A DNA stretch of 52,763 nt. It comes from Bacteroidaceae bacterium (lineage in GTDB: Bacteria; Bacteroidota; Bacteroidia; Bacteroidales; Bacteroidaceae). The notes below the pieces were generated by a model. That model was not told the origin of the DNA. It was given only the letters and a program-made list of their open reading frames with translations, and did not search any database. Shown here in pieces: positions 40,739-50,400 of this stretch (the stretch's first letter is position 1; each line of letters begins with the position of its first letter). The position numbers were made by a program, and so were the translations under genes. The stretch lies in NCBI GenBank assembly GCA_017557045.1, contig JAFYLO010000182.1, positions 1 through 52,763 of the forward strand. Reading direction: 5' to 3'.

Positions 40739-42810
40739 AATATCTTCCCGGAGTAGGCGAACAGCGTGCATCGCTCCTCAACAGAGAATTGAAAATATAT
40801 TCCCTGTACGACCTCTTGTACTATTTCCCATATAAATATGTCGATCGCAGCCGTCTCTTCAAAGTAAGCGAAATAGACGGCAGGCAGCCCCATATTCAGC
40901 TCTGCGGCGAGATACGCAGCTTCGAAGAGATGGGCGAGGGAGCTTCGCGCAGGCTTGTGGCTCACTTCACCGACGGTACAGGTTTTGTCGACCTTGTATG
41001 GTTCAAGGGGATAAAATTCGTAAAGTCCAAATACAAACTCGGAAAGAGATATGTAATCTTCGGCAAACCCACCATTTTCAACAGTCGCGCAAACATTGCA
41101 CACCCCGACATCGACGACGCAGAGACCATGCAACTCTCTTCGATGGGGTTGCAGCCATTCTATAACACCACAGAGCGCATGAAGCGCAGCGGGCTCAACT
41201 CGCAGGCAATGGCGAAACTCACCTCTAATCTCTTCTCCTTGATAAAGGGAGAGATGGAGGAGACCCTCAGCCCCTACATTCTTCAGAAATACAAGTTGAT
41301 GCCTCTTCACGAAGCTCTCCGCGTGATACACTTTCCCAAAAATACAGACGAACTGCGCCGTGCCGAGTACCGACTTAAATTCGAGGAACTTTTCTACATA
41401 CAGCTTGGAATACTCCACTATTCAAAGGAGCGTCGCCACAAATACGCAGGCTACAGCTTTACAAAGGTAGGGGATATGTTCAACCGCTTCTACAGCGAGA
41501 ATCTCCCGTTTGAACTTACAGGGGCGCAGAAGCGTGTCGTACGCGAAATAAGACGCGATGTAAACCGCAACATACAGATGAACCGTCTCGTTCAGGGCGA
41601 CGTAGGAAGCGGAAAGACACTCGTGGCGCTGCTTGCCATGCTTTTGGCAAAAGACAACGGCTACCAGGCTTGTATGATGGCTCCGACGGAAATTCTTGCC
41701 GAACAGCACTGTTCCACACTCAAACGTATGCTTGCAGGACTTCCGGTCCGCGTGGAACTGCTCACCGGCAGCACAAAGCAGAAGGAGCGCGAGCCGCTAT
41801 TCGCATCCCTTCTTTCGGGTGAGATAGACATTCTCGTAAGCACCCATGCCGTGCTTGAGGATAATGTCAATTTCGCTCGTCTCGGTCTTGTGGTAATCGA
41901 CGAACAGCACCGTTTCGGAGTGGTGCAACGTGCAAAAATGTGGACAAAGAGCCGCATTCCGCCGCATGTGCTTGTAATGACGGCAACCCCCATTCCCCGC
42001 ACCCTCGCAATGACACTCTATGGCGACCTCGAAGTCTCGGTGATAGACGAACTTCCTCCCGGTCGCAAACCAATTGCCACCCGACACATATTCCGCAACC
42101 GCATCACAGAGGTCTATTCGTTCATCGAAAAACAACTGCAAGCCGGACGCCAGGCATATATAGTCTACCCGTTGATCACAGAGAGCGAAAAGATAGACCT
42201 CAAAAATCTTGAGGAGGGCTATCTGCAACTATGCAACCGTTTCTGCGACTACAAGATAGGTAAACTGCACGGCAAAATGAAACCCAAAGAGAAGGATGCG
42301 GAGATGCAGCGCTTCTCATCGGGCGAAACACGTCTCCTGGTCTCAACGACAGTGATAGAGGTGGGAGTGGATGTCCCCAATTCAACCATAATGGTGATAG
42401 AGAATGCCGAGCGTTTCGGCCTCTCGCAGCTTCACCAGCTGCGCGGCAGGGTAGGGCGCGGCGGCGAACAATCCTACTGCTTCCTTGTAACCGGCGAAAA
42501 ACTCTCCGATGATACCCGCAAACGCATGGAGATAATGACAGGCAGCAACGACGGCTTCGAAATTGCCGAAGCCGACCTCAAATTGCGCGGCCCCGGCGAC
42601 ATTGAGGGTACACAGCAGAGCGGCATTGCCTTCGACCTGAAGATTGCCAGCCTCTCGCGCGACGAACAGCTGTTGCAGTATGTGCGCGACATTGCCCGTG
42701 CCATTGTCGACGACGACCCCGACTGCGACAAAGAGCATAACCGTGTGCTGTGGCGCCGCCTTGCCGAAATCAAAAAGCGCAACAATCGTCACTGGGGAGC
42801 TATTTCGTAA
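40711..42810 (+). CDS. recG: ATP-dependent DNA helicase RecG
   Basis: 699 aa. The N-terminus reads TRDIKYLPGVGEQRASLL. Walker A GDVGSGKT, the DEQH box and the TATPIPRT block are present. The ATG at 40711 overlaps ispD by 28 nt. Confidence 0.96.
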   Translation: MLDATTRDIKYLPGVGEQRASLLNRELKIYSLYDLLYYFPYKYVDRSRLFKVSEIDGRQPHIQLCGEIRSFEEMGEGASRRLVAHFTDGTGFVDLVWFKGIKFVKSKYKLGKRYVIFGKPTIFNSRANIAHPDIDDAETMQLSSMGLQPFYNTTERMKRSGLNSQAMAKLTSNLFSLIKGEMEETLSPYILQKYKLMPLHEALRVIHFPKNTDELRRAEYRLKFEELFYIQLGILHYSKERRHKYAGYSFTKVGDMFNRFYSENLPFELTGAQKRVVREIRRDVNRNIQMNRLVQGDVGSGKTLVALLAMLLAKDNGYQACMMAPTEILAEQHCSTLKRMLAGLPVRVELLTGSTKQKEREPLFASLLSGEIDILVSTHAVLEDNVNFARLGLVVIDEQHRFGVVQRAKMWTKSRIPPHVLVMTATPIPRTLAMTLYGDLEVSVIDELPPGRKPIATRHIFRNRITEVYSFIEKQLQAGRQAYIVYPLITESEKIDLKNLEEGYLQLCNRFCDYKIGKLHGKMKPKEKDAEMQRFSSGETRLLVSTTVIEVGVDVPNSTIMVIENAERFGLSQLHQLRGRVGRGGEQSYCFLVTGEKLSDDTRKRMEIMTGSNDGFEIAEADLKLRGPGDIEGTQQSGIAFDLKIASLSRDEQLLQYVRDIARAIVDDDPDCDKEHNRVLWRRLAEIKKRNNRHWGAIS

Positions 42811-42926
42811 ATAATCACAAAATGTTTTAAAATATTGTGGCATTGTTTAAAAAACGAAAAACAACAGCAGAAAAAAGTACGAAAATAGCTATCTTCGCAC
42901 CTTAAAACTACACGAAAAAATACAAA

Positions 42927-45164
42927 ATGCAATACCTGTTCATAGCATTGTTGGCATTCCTTGTTCCCGACGAAAGTATATACAATGACAGCATCACCCT
43001 GCAAGGCATAGACATAGTATCTTCGCTAAAGGAAAGCACAGCCGACAAAGAAAAGCCATACTCATCGACCATCATAAGCCGAAAGCAGATAGAGGAACGG
43101 CACATAACCTCGCTGAAAGAGCTCTCCTCCATCGCCCCAAACTTCTATCAGCCCGACTACGGTTCGCGCATGACCTCGTCAATCTACGTGCGAGGATTCG
43201 GTTCGCGCATCGACAATCCGGTCATTGGCATGAACATAGACGAGGCACCGGTGATGAACAAGAACAACTACGACTTTGAACTGTTCGACATTTCCGACAT
43301 AGAGATAATACGCGGAGCGCAAAGCACCCTCTACGGCCGCAACACCGCCGCAGGTACCATAAACATAAGAACCCTCTCACCCCTCAATTTCCAGGGAAAA
43401 AGATTCACGCTCGAATATGGCACCGCAAACACCATAAGGGTAAAAGCGTCGCACTATGCAGCCCCCACCGACAAGTTCGGCTGGTCGGCAAGCATACACT
43501 ACAACCACTCGGACGGATTCTTCACCAACAGTTACAACGGCCGCAAATGCGATGGCGGCGACAACTTCGCCACACGCCTGCGCACGCAATACCTGTGGGG
43601 CGACGGGTGGAGCATGGATAACAGTTTCAGCATAGGATACACCGACGAAGGAGGATACGCCTACCGCTTCTACGACAAGGCGACCGGACGGCTGATGCCC
43701 GTCAACTACAACGACGATTGCAGCTACCGCCGTCTCGGCATCAGCGACGGATTTACCATAAAATACAACCTCCCCCGCCTGACACTCTCCTCCACCACCG
43801 GATACAGCTACACGGACGACCGTATGCGCATCGACAATGATTTTCTGCCACAATCCTACTTTACACTCGGACAATACCAGCGCGAGCACTCACTGACACA
43901 GGAATTTATGGCAAAGTCGAAGAACAGCGGCAAGATAAACTGGCTCGCAGGTCTCTTTGCATTCTACAAGCACCAGAATCTCAGCGCCCCTGTACTCTTC
44001 AAGGAAGAGGGAATAAAGAGCCTGATACTCGACAATGCCAACAAAGGGTTACAAACAGCCTTTCCCGGTAACGAACTGCAATTTGACAGCGACCGATTCC
44101 TTATCAACGACAAATTCAAGACACCCACATACGGAGCATCACTCTACGGACAGGCAAGCTACGACTCAGACCATTGGAACGTAACCGCCGGAGTGAGAAT
44201 AGACCACGAGAAATCGACAATGGACTACAACAGCTATTCGATGATAAACTTCAGAGTCTACCCGATGATGGAGGGTTATCTGCCGCTGAACACTGTATTC
44301 AAGGGCGACAACTCGATAGATGCAACCGAAATAATGCCTAAGGTATCACTTACTTACAAACACAGCAAAGGTAGCATATACACATCAGTAGCCAAAGGCT
44401 ACAAGGCGGGAGGCTTCAACACCCAACTATTTTCTGATATATTGCAAAGCCGCATGAGAAGCGACCTTATGGGCAAATTCGGCGTACACCTCGACGATGC
44501 ACCTGTCTACGACGATGCATCGGCAACCACCTATCGCCCCGAGGAGAGCTGGAACTACGAAGCGGGCACACATCTCAGTCCCCTGAACGATGGTTCGCTG
44601 AATATATCGGCAACACTTTTCCTTATCGACTGCAAGAACCAGCAACTGACCGTCTTCCCCGAAGGCATGACCACAGGGCGCATGATGTCCAATGCCGGAG
44701 AATCGCGCAGCTATGGTGCAGAAATAAGCATGGACTACACTTACGGACGCTTGCGCATCGACGGCAGTTACGGATACACCCACGCCGAATTCCGCACCTA
44801 CCGCAGTGGTCTCAACGACTATTCGGGAAAATATCTGCCCCTTGCACCACGCGAAACAGCATCGGCAAACATCAGCTACCGCCTGCCTGTCAACGAACAG
44901 TTTGCCAAGCACCTTATGCTCAATATAGGCTGGAGCGGCACCGGACGCATCTATTGGGACGAAGGAAACACCCTTTCGCAACCCTTCTACAGTCTGTTAT
45001 CGGCATCAATAAGTTGGGAAAAGGGGCACTGCGGCGCATCACTGTGGGGAAAGAATATACTCGACGAGGAATATAAAGCATTCTACTTCGTATCAATGCA
45101 ACATCCTTTCTTTTCTCTTGGAAAGTCAAGACAAATAGGCGTATCTTTGCACTACAATCTATAA
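42927..45164 (+). CDS. TonB-dependent receptor (non-SusC type; plug plus 22-strand-barrel size class)
   Basis: 745 aa. Plug motifs are present: SSIAPNFYQPDYG, IYVRGFGSR and IEIIRGAQSTLYGRNTAAGTINI. It lacks the N-terminal carboxypeptidase-regulatory-like extension of SusC proteins. A near-consensus -7 box (tatcttcg) lies ~35 nt upstream. Confidence 0.9.
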   Translation: MQYLFIALLAFLVPDESIYNDSITLQGIDIVSSLKESTADKEKPYSSTIISRKQIEERHITSLKELSSIAPNFYQPDYGSRMTSSIYVRGFGSRIDNPVIGMNIDEAPVMNKNNYDFELFDISDIEIIRGAQSTLYGRNTAAGTINIRTLSPLNFQGKRFTLEYGTANTIRVKASHYAAPTDKFGWSASIHYNHSDGFFTNSYNGRKCDGGDNFATRLRTQYLWGDGWSMDNSFSIGYTDEGGYAYRFYDKATGRLMPVNYNDDCSYRRLGISDGFTIKYNLPRLTLSSTTGYSYTDDRMRIDNDFLPQSYFTLGQYQREHSLTQEFMAKSKNSGKINWLAGLFAFYKHQNLSAPVLFKEEGIKSLILDNANKGLQTAFPGNELQFDSDRFLINDKFKTPTYGASLYGQASYDSDHWNVTAGVRIDHEKSTMDYNSYSMINFRVYPMMEGYLPLNTVFKGDNSIDATEIMPKVSLTYKHSKGSIYTSVAKGYKAGGFNTQLFSDILQSRMRSDLMGKFGVHLDDAPVYDDASATTYRPEESWNYEAGTHLSPLNDGSLNISATLFLIDCKNQQLTVFPEGMTTGRMMSNAGESRSYGAEISMDYTYGRLRIDGSYGYTHAEFRTYRSGLNDYSGKYLPLAPRETASANISYRLPVNEQFAKHLMLNIGWSGTGRIYWDEGNTLSQPFYSLLSASISWEKGHCGASLWGKNILDEEYKAFYFVSMQHPFFSLGKSRQIGVSLHYNL

Positions 45165-45189
45165 TCAAACAATAAAAATCACACACACA

Positions 45190-45654
45190 ATGAAAAAACT
45201 TCTGTTTTTACCCCTTTTCGCCCTTATGGCGTTAATCCTCCCCTCATGCTCGGACGATGACAACAACCCCGGTGGTGGCGGCGAAACAATCGAAACAACC
45301 ACTACATACAATGGAAAACTTATCGTAAACGGCTCATACGCTAAAGACAGCGTAGATTGCAAAGTGGAGTTTGCCGAGGACAAACAGTCCTTCACACTCG
45401 ATATATACAAAGTGAAATTTGCAGAGGCTATGCCTGTCAGCATAGATATTGCAATTCCCGGAATCCCCGCAACTGCAAATGGCAACGATATTACATTTTC
45501 GGGCGACACAATCATTCCTCTTGTAGGCGTAGTACCCTCGCCTGCATTCACATTCTACAACATCGACGGAGAAATCAAAGACGGCGAACTGAAATTCTCG
45601 GCTGTCTGCACAAGAGGTCTCTTTACATTCAGCGGAAAAGAGGTTATTGAATAG
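45190..45654 (+). CDS. Small lipoprotein with acidic post-Cys surface-export signal, cotranscribed with the TonB-dependent receptor
   Basis: 154 aa. The lipobox ALILPSC is followed by SDDDNNPGGGGE. The remainder looks all-beta. The gene starts 25 nt after the receptor gene. Confidence 0.7.
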   Translation: MKKLLFLPLFALMALILPSCSDDDNNPGGGGETIETTTTYNGKLIVNGSYAKDSVDCKVEFAEDKQSFTLDIYKVKFAEAMPVSIDIAIPGIPATANGNDITFSGDTIIPLVGVVPSPAFTFYNIDGEIKDGELKFSAVCTRGLFTFSGKEVIE

Positions 45655-45661
45655 CATTTAA

Positions 45662-45990
45662 GAAGCTGCTTAAATTTTATTAGAAAATATTTCTATATTT
45701 GCGCGTCTCTTTCGGTTTCTTTAACGGAGTTTATCTCCTTCGCACCTCGGCTATTTTCAAGCGAGCTTGAATAGCGCTCGGTTTGTCGTCGATTGAGTCT
45801 GTTTTTGGCATCTTTTCTTTGTTGTCTTTTGGAAATAGCCCGCTATTCCCTGCAAAACAACAAAGAAAATCTACTCAAAAACAGTTCTCAAATAATTCCG
45901 AAAGATGGTGCAAACGAGCGCAATGTAAGCATGCTTACAATTGCAATGCGAGTGCAGCCTATCTTATGAAAATAAAATCTAAGCAGCTTC
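45662..45990. mobile_element. MITE-like element (copy Y, 329 bp): same family as 18888-19073 but carrying two extra internal segments; flanked by TAA direct repeat
   Basis: TIRs are gaagctgcttaaatttta (45662-45679) and taaaatctaagcagcttc (45973-45990), with 1 mismatch between them. Flanking taa lies at 45659-45661 and 45991-45993. The 54-nt core at 45827-45880 is identical to the reverse complement of 18928-18981. Confidence 0.6.
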
Positions 45991-45996
45991 TAAAAG

Positions 45997-46066
45997 AGAT
46001 ATAAAATCCGCTCGGCAGGAACAAAAAGCAATAAATGCTTTGTTCGTCCGAGCGGATTTTATATCT
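45997..46066 (+). terminator. Long hairpin followed by a T-run; likely the terminator of the receptor-lipoprotein operon
   Basis: 19-bp perfect outer stem: agatataaaatccgctcgg (45997-46015) pairs with ccgagcggattttatatct (46048-46066). A 7-bp inner stem adds to it. It is followed by ttgctttttt. Confidence 0.7.
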
Positions 46067-46094
46067 TTGCTTTTTTGGAAATCATACTCACAAT

Positions 46095-46291
46095 TATAGG
46101 GTGGTTCTTTAAATTAGTTCGAGACGATTTTTGAGTTTATTTCGAGTATATTGTTTATTTTTACGAGGGCGCAACCTTTGTGTTGCAACTGAATAAAAAT
46201 GAAGAAGATGCCGAAATAAAACAAAAAGCGACCGAAATAGAATGCACCCGGAAAAGAAATATAGATTAGTAATTTATAGAACTACCCTATA
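46095..46291. mobile_element. Second-type small palindromic element (copy Z, 197 bp) with 14-bp TIRs and a 13-bp flanking direct repeat
   Basis: TIRs are tatagggtggttct (46095-46108) and agaactaccctata (46278-46291), with 1 mismatch. The direct repeat gaaatcatactca lies at 46078-46090 and 46296-46308. The internal arms are mutually complementary (gacgatttttgagtttatttcgag versus the reverse complement of the right arm, gtcgctttttgttttatttcgg). Confidence 0.5.
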
Positions 46292-46311
46292 CTTAGAAAT
46301 CATACTCATAA

Positions 46312-47271
46312 ATGATACTCACAATTTTACTTTTCGTTGCAGGGCTGGCCATCATACTTTATGGCGCCAATCTGCTGACCGACGGAGCTTCGGCACTCGC
46401 ACGCCGCTTCAACATAAGTGAACTTGTCATAGGACTGACAATAGTAGCACTCGGAACATCGCTTCCCGAATTTGTGATAAGCCTCGGTGCCGCACTTCAG
46501 GGAAGTTCCGGAATCTCACTCGGCAATGTTGTCGGCAGCAACATATTCAACGGATTGCTTATTCTTGGAGTAACAGCACTCATTTTCCCCGTAAAATTCA
46601 GCGAGAAGATGCTCTCGCGCGAAATACCGTTTAATCTGCTGGCGGCGATAGTGCTCACTCTGCTTGCCGGAAGCATGATATACGCCGGCAGTGGCGAAGG
46701 AGAATATATCACCCGCAACGGCGGCATGATACTGCTCTGCTTCCTCGCCATATTCATACGCTACACATTCTCCATTGCCAAAGGCGACAGCACCGACGAA
46801 GAGAGCGGCCCGCAAATGAGTACATTGAAAATAACACTCAGCATAATAGGAGGACTCGCAGGACTAATCCTCGGCGGAAAACTCTTTGTAAACTCCGCCA
46901 CAGAGATTGCAACCGCCGCAGGCCTCTCCGAAGCAATCATTGGCATCACCATAGTGTCGGCGGGAAGCTCACTGCCCGAACTTGCAGTGTCGGTGAATGC
47001 CGCACGCAAGAAGAATGTAGGCATAGCCCTCGGCAACGTACTCGGCAGCAACATTCTCAACATATTCCTTATCCTCGGATGCACCGCTACTATATGCCCG
47101 ATAGAGCTGTCTCAGTTCAACTATGTGGACTTCTACACCCTTATAGGCTCTGCGATACTGATATACATAGTAGGTAAATTCGGCGGCAAGGCCACCATCA
47201 CCCGCGCCGAAGGAGCACTGCTCGTATGCTGCTATATTGCATACACCATATACCTGATAATGAACCAATAA
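46312..47271 (+). CDS. Ca2+/cation antiporter family (CaCA, YrbG-like) sodium/calcium exchanger
   Basis: 319 aa and polytopic. The two alpha-repeat signatures are GNVVGSNIFN and GNVLGSNILN. Confidence 0.9.
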   Translation: MILTILLFVAGLAIILYGANLLTDGASALARRFNISELVIGLTIVALGTSLPEFVISLGAALQGSSGISLGNVVGSNIFNGLLILGVTALIFPVKFSEKMLSREIPFNLLAAIVLTLLAGSMIYAGSGEGEYITRNGGMILLCFLAIFIRYTFSIAKGDSTDEESGPQMSTLKITLSIIGGLAGLILGGKLFVNSATEIATAAGLSEAIIGITIVSAGSSLPELAVSVNAARKKNVGIALGNVLGSNILNIFLILGCTATICPIELSQFNYVDFYTLIGSAILIYIVGKFGGKATITRAEGALLVCCYIAYTIYLIMNQ

Positions 47272-47284
47272 TCCAATACCGACA

Positions 47285-48415
47285 ATGGCAATAACCATCG
47301 TTCCCGTAACCACCCGCAAACAGTTGAAGAGCTTCATACGCTTCAACTACGAACTATACAAAGGCAACCACTATGCCGTACCCGACCTCTATGAAGATAT
47401 GCTCGGCACACTCGACAAGGAGCGCAACGCGGCATTCGACTTCTGTGAGGCTGAGTATTTCCTCGCCATGCGCGACGGGGAGATTGTCGGTCGCGTGGCG
47501 GCCATCATCAACAGACGCGCCAACGAAAAGTGGGGCATAAAGGCAGTACGCTTCGGATGGATAGACTTTGTAGATGATGTGGAAGTCTCAAAGGCACTGC
47601 TCGAAAAAGTGGAGCAGTGGGGACGCGAAAGAGGGATGACAGAGATACAAGGCCCGTTGGGATTCACCGACCTCGATGCCGAAGGAATGCTCATCGAAGG
47701 CTTCGACCGTCTGAGTACGATGGCTACAATATACAACTACCCCTATTATCCCCGTCACATGGAGCAGTTGGGCTACACTAAAGACACCGACTGGATAGAA
47801 TTGCTGATAAAGGTGCCCGAAAAGACACCCGAAAAGATAGAGCGCATCGCCACGATGGTTGCCAAGAGATTCGAACTCAAACATATGAGATTCAAGTCGA
47901 ACCGCGAGCTTGAGCGTCGCTACGGCAGAGAGATATTCGACCTGATAAACCGCAGCTACGCGCCACTTTACGGATTTTCGGCACTGAGCGACCGCCAGAT
48001 AGAGCAATACATAAAAATGTATCTGCCGCTTGTGGACAGACGCATGATAACCCTCATAACCAACAAGGAAGACAAGCTTGTAGGAGTGGGAATAACAATA
48101 ACCTCACTCGCCGAAGCGCTGCAAAAAGCAAAAGGCAAACTGTTCCCCTTCGGTTGGTTCCACATACTTAAGGCTCTCTTCTTCAAACGCCCCACACGTC
48201 TCGACTTTCTTATCGTAGCAATAGACCCCGAGTATCAAGGCAAAGGCATCAATGCCATGATTATAAGCGACATACTGCCCAACTATGTGAAGATGGGCTT
48301 CAAGGATGTAGAGACCAATCCCGAACTCGAAAGCAACAACAAAGTGCAATCGCAGTGGGAACTGTTCGACAAGGAGCAGCACAAACGCCGTCGCGCATAT
48401 AAAAAAGAATTATAG
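47285..48415 (+). CDS. Conserved hypothetical, GNAT-like acyltransferase fold suspected
   Basis: 376 aa. The segment [32 protein letters not shown] and the C-terminal [18 protein letters not shown] resemble GNAT acyl-CoA-binding strands. The function cannot be read from the sequence. Confidence 0.6.
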   Translation: MAITIVPVTTRKQLKSFIRFNYELYKGNHYAVPDLYEDMLGTLDKERNAAFDFCEAEYFLAMRDGEIVGRVAAIINRRANEKWGIKAVRFGWIDFVDDVEVSKALLEKVEQWGRERGMTEIQGPLGFTDLDAEGMLIEGFDRLSTMATIYNYPYYPRHMEQLGYTKDTDWIELLIKVPEKTPEKIERIATMVAKRFELKHMRFKSNRELERRYGREIFDLINRSYAPLYGFSALSDRQIEQYIKMYLPLVDRRMITLITNKEDKLVGVGITITSLAEALQKAKGKLFPFGWFHILKALFFKRPTRLDFLIVAIDPEYQGKGINAMIISDILPNYVKMGFKDVETNPELESNNKVQSQWELFDKEQHKRRRAYKKEL

Positions 48416-48443
48416 TTTACAGAAACATCATACAACCTACCTC

Positions 48444-50381
48444 ATGGACGAAAATATCTTTCTCGACACCCCGCAACAAGAGCCGGTAGAGTACAACGAA
48501 GACAACATACGCCACCTTAGCGACATGGAGCATATACGCACCCGACCGGGTATGTATATAGGCAAGTTAGGCGACGGTTCGCAGAGCGAAGACGGTATCT
48601 ACGTGCTGCTCAAGGAGGTACTCGACAACAGTATCGACGAATTCAAGATGAATGCCGGCAAGCGCATTGAGATAGACATTGTCGACAACAAGAGTGTAAC
48701 CGTGCGCGACTACGGCCGCGGCATCCCGCAGGGCAAGCTCATCGAAGCAGTGAGCATGCTCAACACCGGAGGAAAGTACGACAGCAAGGCATTCAAGAAG
48801 TCGGTAGGTCTTAACGGTGTCGGCCTTAAAGCCGTAAACGCTACCAGCAGCAGCTTCGAAGCACGCAGCTACCGCGAAGGTACAGTGCGCATAGCCACAT
48901 TCGAGAAGGGCATCCTCGTCGACGACCGCACCGAAAAGACAAACGACGAGAATGGAACCTACATCTCCTTCACCCCCGACGAAGCACTCTTCTCGGGCTA
49001 CGAATTCCGCGACGCCATCATAGAGACTATGCTCCGCAACTACACCTACCTGAACACAGGTCTCACAATACTGCACAACGGCAAACGCATTCTCTCGCGC
49101 AACGGTCTTGCCGACCTTCTCACCGACAACATGACCAGCGACGGACTCTATCCCATCATCCACCTGAAGGGAGAGGATATTGAGATTGCAATCACACATG
49201 CCGAGCAGTATGGCGAAGAGTACTACTCGTTCGTCAACGGACAGCACACCACACAGGGCGGTACCCACCAGAGTGCCTTCAAGGAACTTGTAGCATCCAC
49301 CATTCACGACTTCTTCACAGCCAAGAACTTCGAATACAGCGACATACGAAACGGAATGGTAGCAGCCATCGCCGTCAATGTGGAAGAGCCCATGTTCGAG
49401 AGCCAGACAAAAATCAAGCTCGGCTCGCTATATATGTCTCCCGGAGGTGTCAGCGTAAAGAAGTTCATCGGCGACTTTATAAAAGTCGAACTCGACAACT
49501 TCCTGCACAGAAACCCCGATATCAGCGAAGAGATGCTGCGCAAGATAACAGCATCCGAAAAGGAGCGCAAAGAGCTGTCAGGACTCGCAAAGCAAGCCAA
49601 GCAGAAGGCCAAGAAGGTAAACCTGCACAACCGCAAACTGCGCGACTGCCGCATACACCTCAACGACCCCAAAGGCGACCGTCAGGAGGAGAGTTGTATC
49701 TTCATCACCGAGGGCGACTCTGCAAGCGGATCAATCACCAAGAGCCGCGACACAAACACACAGGCAGTCTTCAGCCTGCGCGGAAAGCCGCTCAATACCT
49801 ACGGTAAGAGCCGTGCCGTCGTCTATCAGAATGAAGAGTTCAACCTGTTGCAGGCAGCCCTCAACATAGAGGAAGGACTCGAAGGCTTGCGCTACAACAA
49901 GGTAATCGTAGCAACCGATGCCGATGTCGACGGAATGCACATACGCCTGCTGTTGATAACCTTCTTCCTGCAATTCTTCCCGGAGCTTATAAAGAAAGGA
50001 CACGTCTACATATTGCAGACACCTCTCTTCCGCGTAAGGAACAAGCGCAAGGCACAGCGCGGCAAGAAGAACGACGGCGGAGAAAAACAGAAAGGCGAAT
50101 TCGAGACCATATACTGTTACAGCGAGGAGGAGCGCATAAGAGCAATCGAAAAACTCGCCCCCAACCCCGAAATTACGCGATTCAAAGGTCTCGGAGAAAT
50201 CTCGCCCGATGAATTCCGCCGCTTCATAGGTCCCGAGATACGTCTTGAACAGGTAACAATGCACAAGGACGACAAAGTGGACGAACTTCTCCGTTACTAC
50301 ATGGACAAGAACACCATAGAACGACAGAACTTCATCATCGACAATCTTGTTGTCGAAGAAGACACGGCAAACGAAGAGTAA
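48444..50381 (+). CDS. parE: Type IIA topoisomerase B subunit, topoisomerase IV ParE type
   Basis: 645 aa. It has a GHKL ATPase N-terminus ([16 protein letters not shown]; [11 protein letters not shown]), the Toprim block [10 protein letters not shown] and [13 protein letters not shown] chose ParE over GyrB from the N-terminal signature and the coaD neighbourhood, both recalled from Bacteroidales genomes. Confidence 0.85.
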   Translation: MDENIFLDTPQQEPVEYNEDNIRHLSDMEHIRTRPGMYIGKLGDGSQSEDGIYVLLKEVLDNSIDEFKMNAGKRIEIDIVDNKSVTVRDYGRGIPQGKLIEAVSMLNTGGKYDSKAFKKSVGLNGVGLKAVNATSSSFEARSYREGTVRIATFEKGILVDDRTEKTNDENGTYISFTPDEALFSGYEFRDAIIETMLRNYTYLNTGLTILHNGKRILSRNGLADLLTDNMTSDGLYPIIHLKGEDIEIAITHAEQYGEEYYSFVNGQHTTQGGTHQSAFKELVASTIHDFFTAKNFEYSDIRNGMVAAIAVNVEEPMFESQTKIKLGSLYMSPGGVSVKKFIGDFIKVELDNFLHRNPDISEEMLRKITASEKERKELSGLAKQAKQKAKKVNLHNRKLRDCRIHLNDPKGDRQEESCIFITEGDSASGSITKSRDTNTQAVFSLRGKPLNTYGKSRAVVYQNEEFNLLQAALNIEEGLEGLRYNKVIVATDADVDGMHIRLLLITFFLQFFPELIKKGHVYILQTPLFRVRNKRKAQRGKKNDGGEKQKGEFETIYCYSEEERIRAIEKLAPNPEITRFKGLGEISPDEFRRFIGPEIRLEQVTMHKDDKVDELLRYYMDKNTIERQNFIIDNLVVEEDTANEE

Positions 50382-50400
50382 CCCGAAAATCAGCAAAAGA

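Noticed and set aside
40576-41418. 280-aa minus-strand ORF
   Set aside because: It is antisense to ispD and recG. The plus-strand genes carry diagnostic helicase and cytidylyltransferase motifs.
42927-45164. TonB-dependent receptor as an N-terminally truncated pseudogene
   Set aside because: The signal peptide is short (MQYLFIALLAFLVP), but the plug domain begins normally (ITLQGIDIVSS...). A promoter-like box precedes the ATG, an upstream in-frame stop is present, and the frame is intact to a normal barrel C-terminus.
45783-46004. 73-aa plus-strand ORF
   Set aside because: It lies entirely within element Y. The homologous stretch in X is in the opposite orientation and is not open in the same frame.
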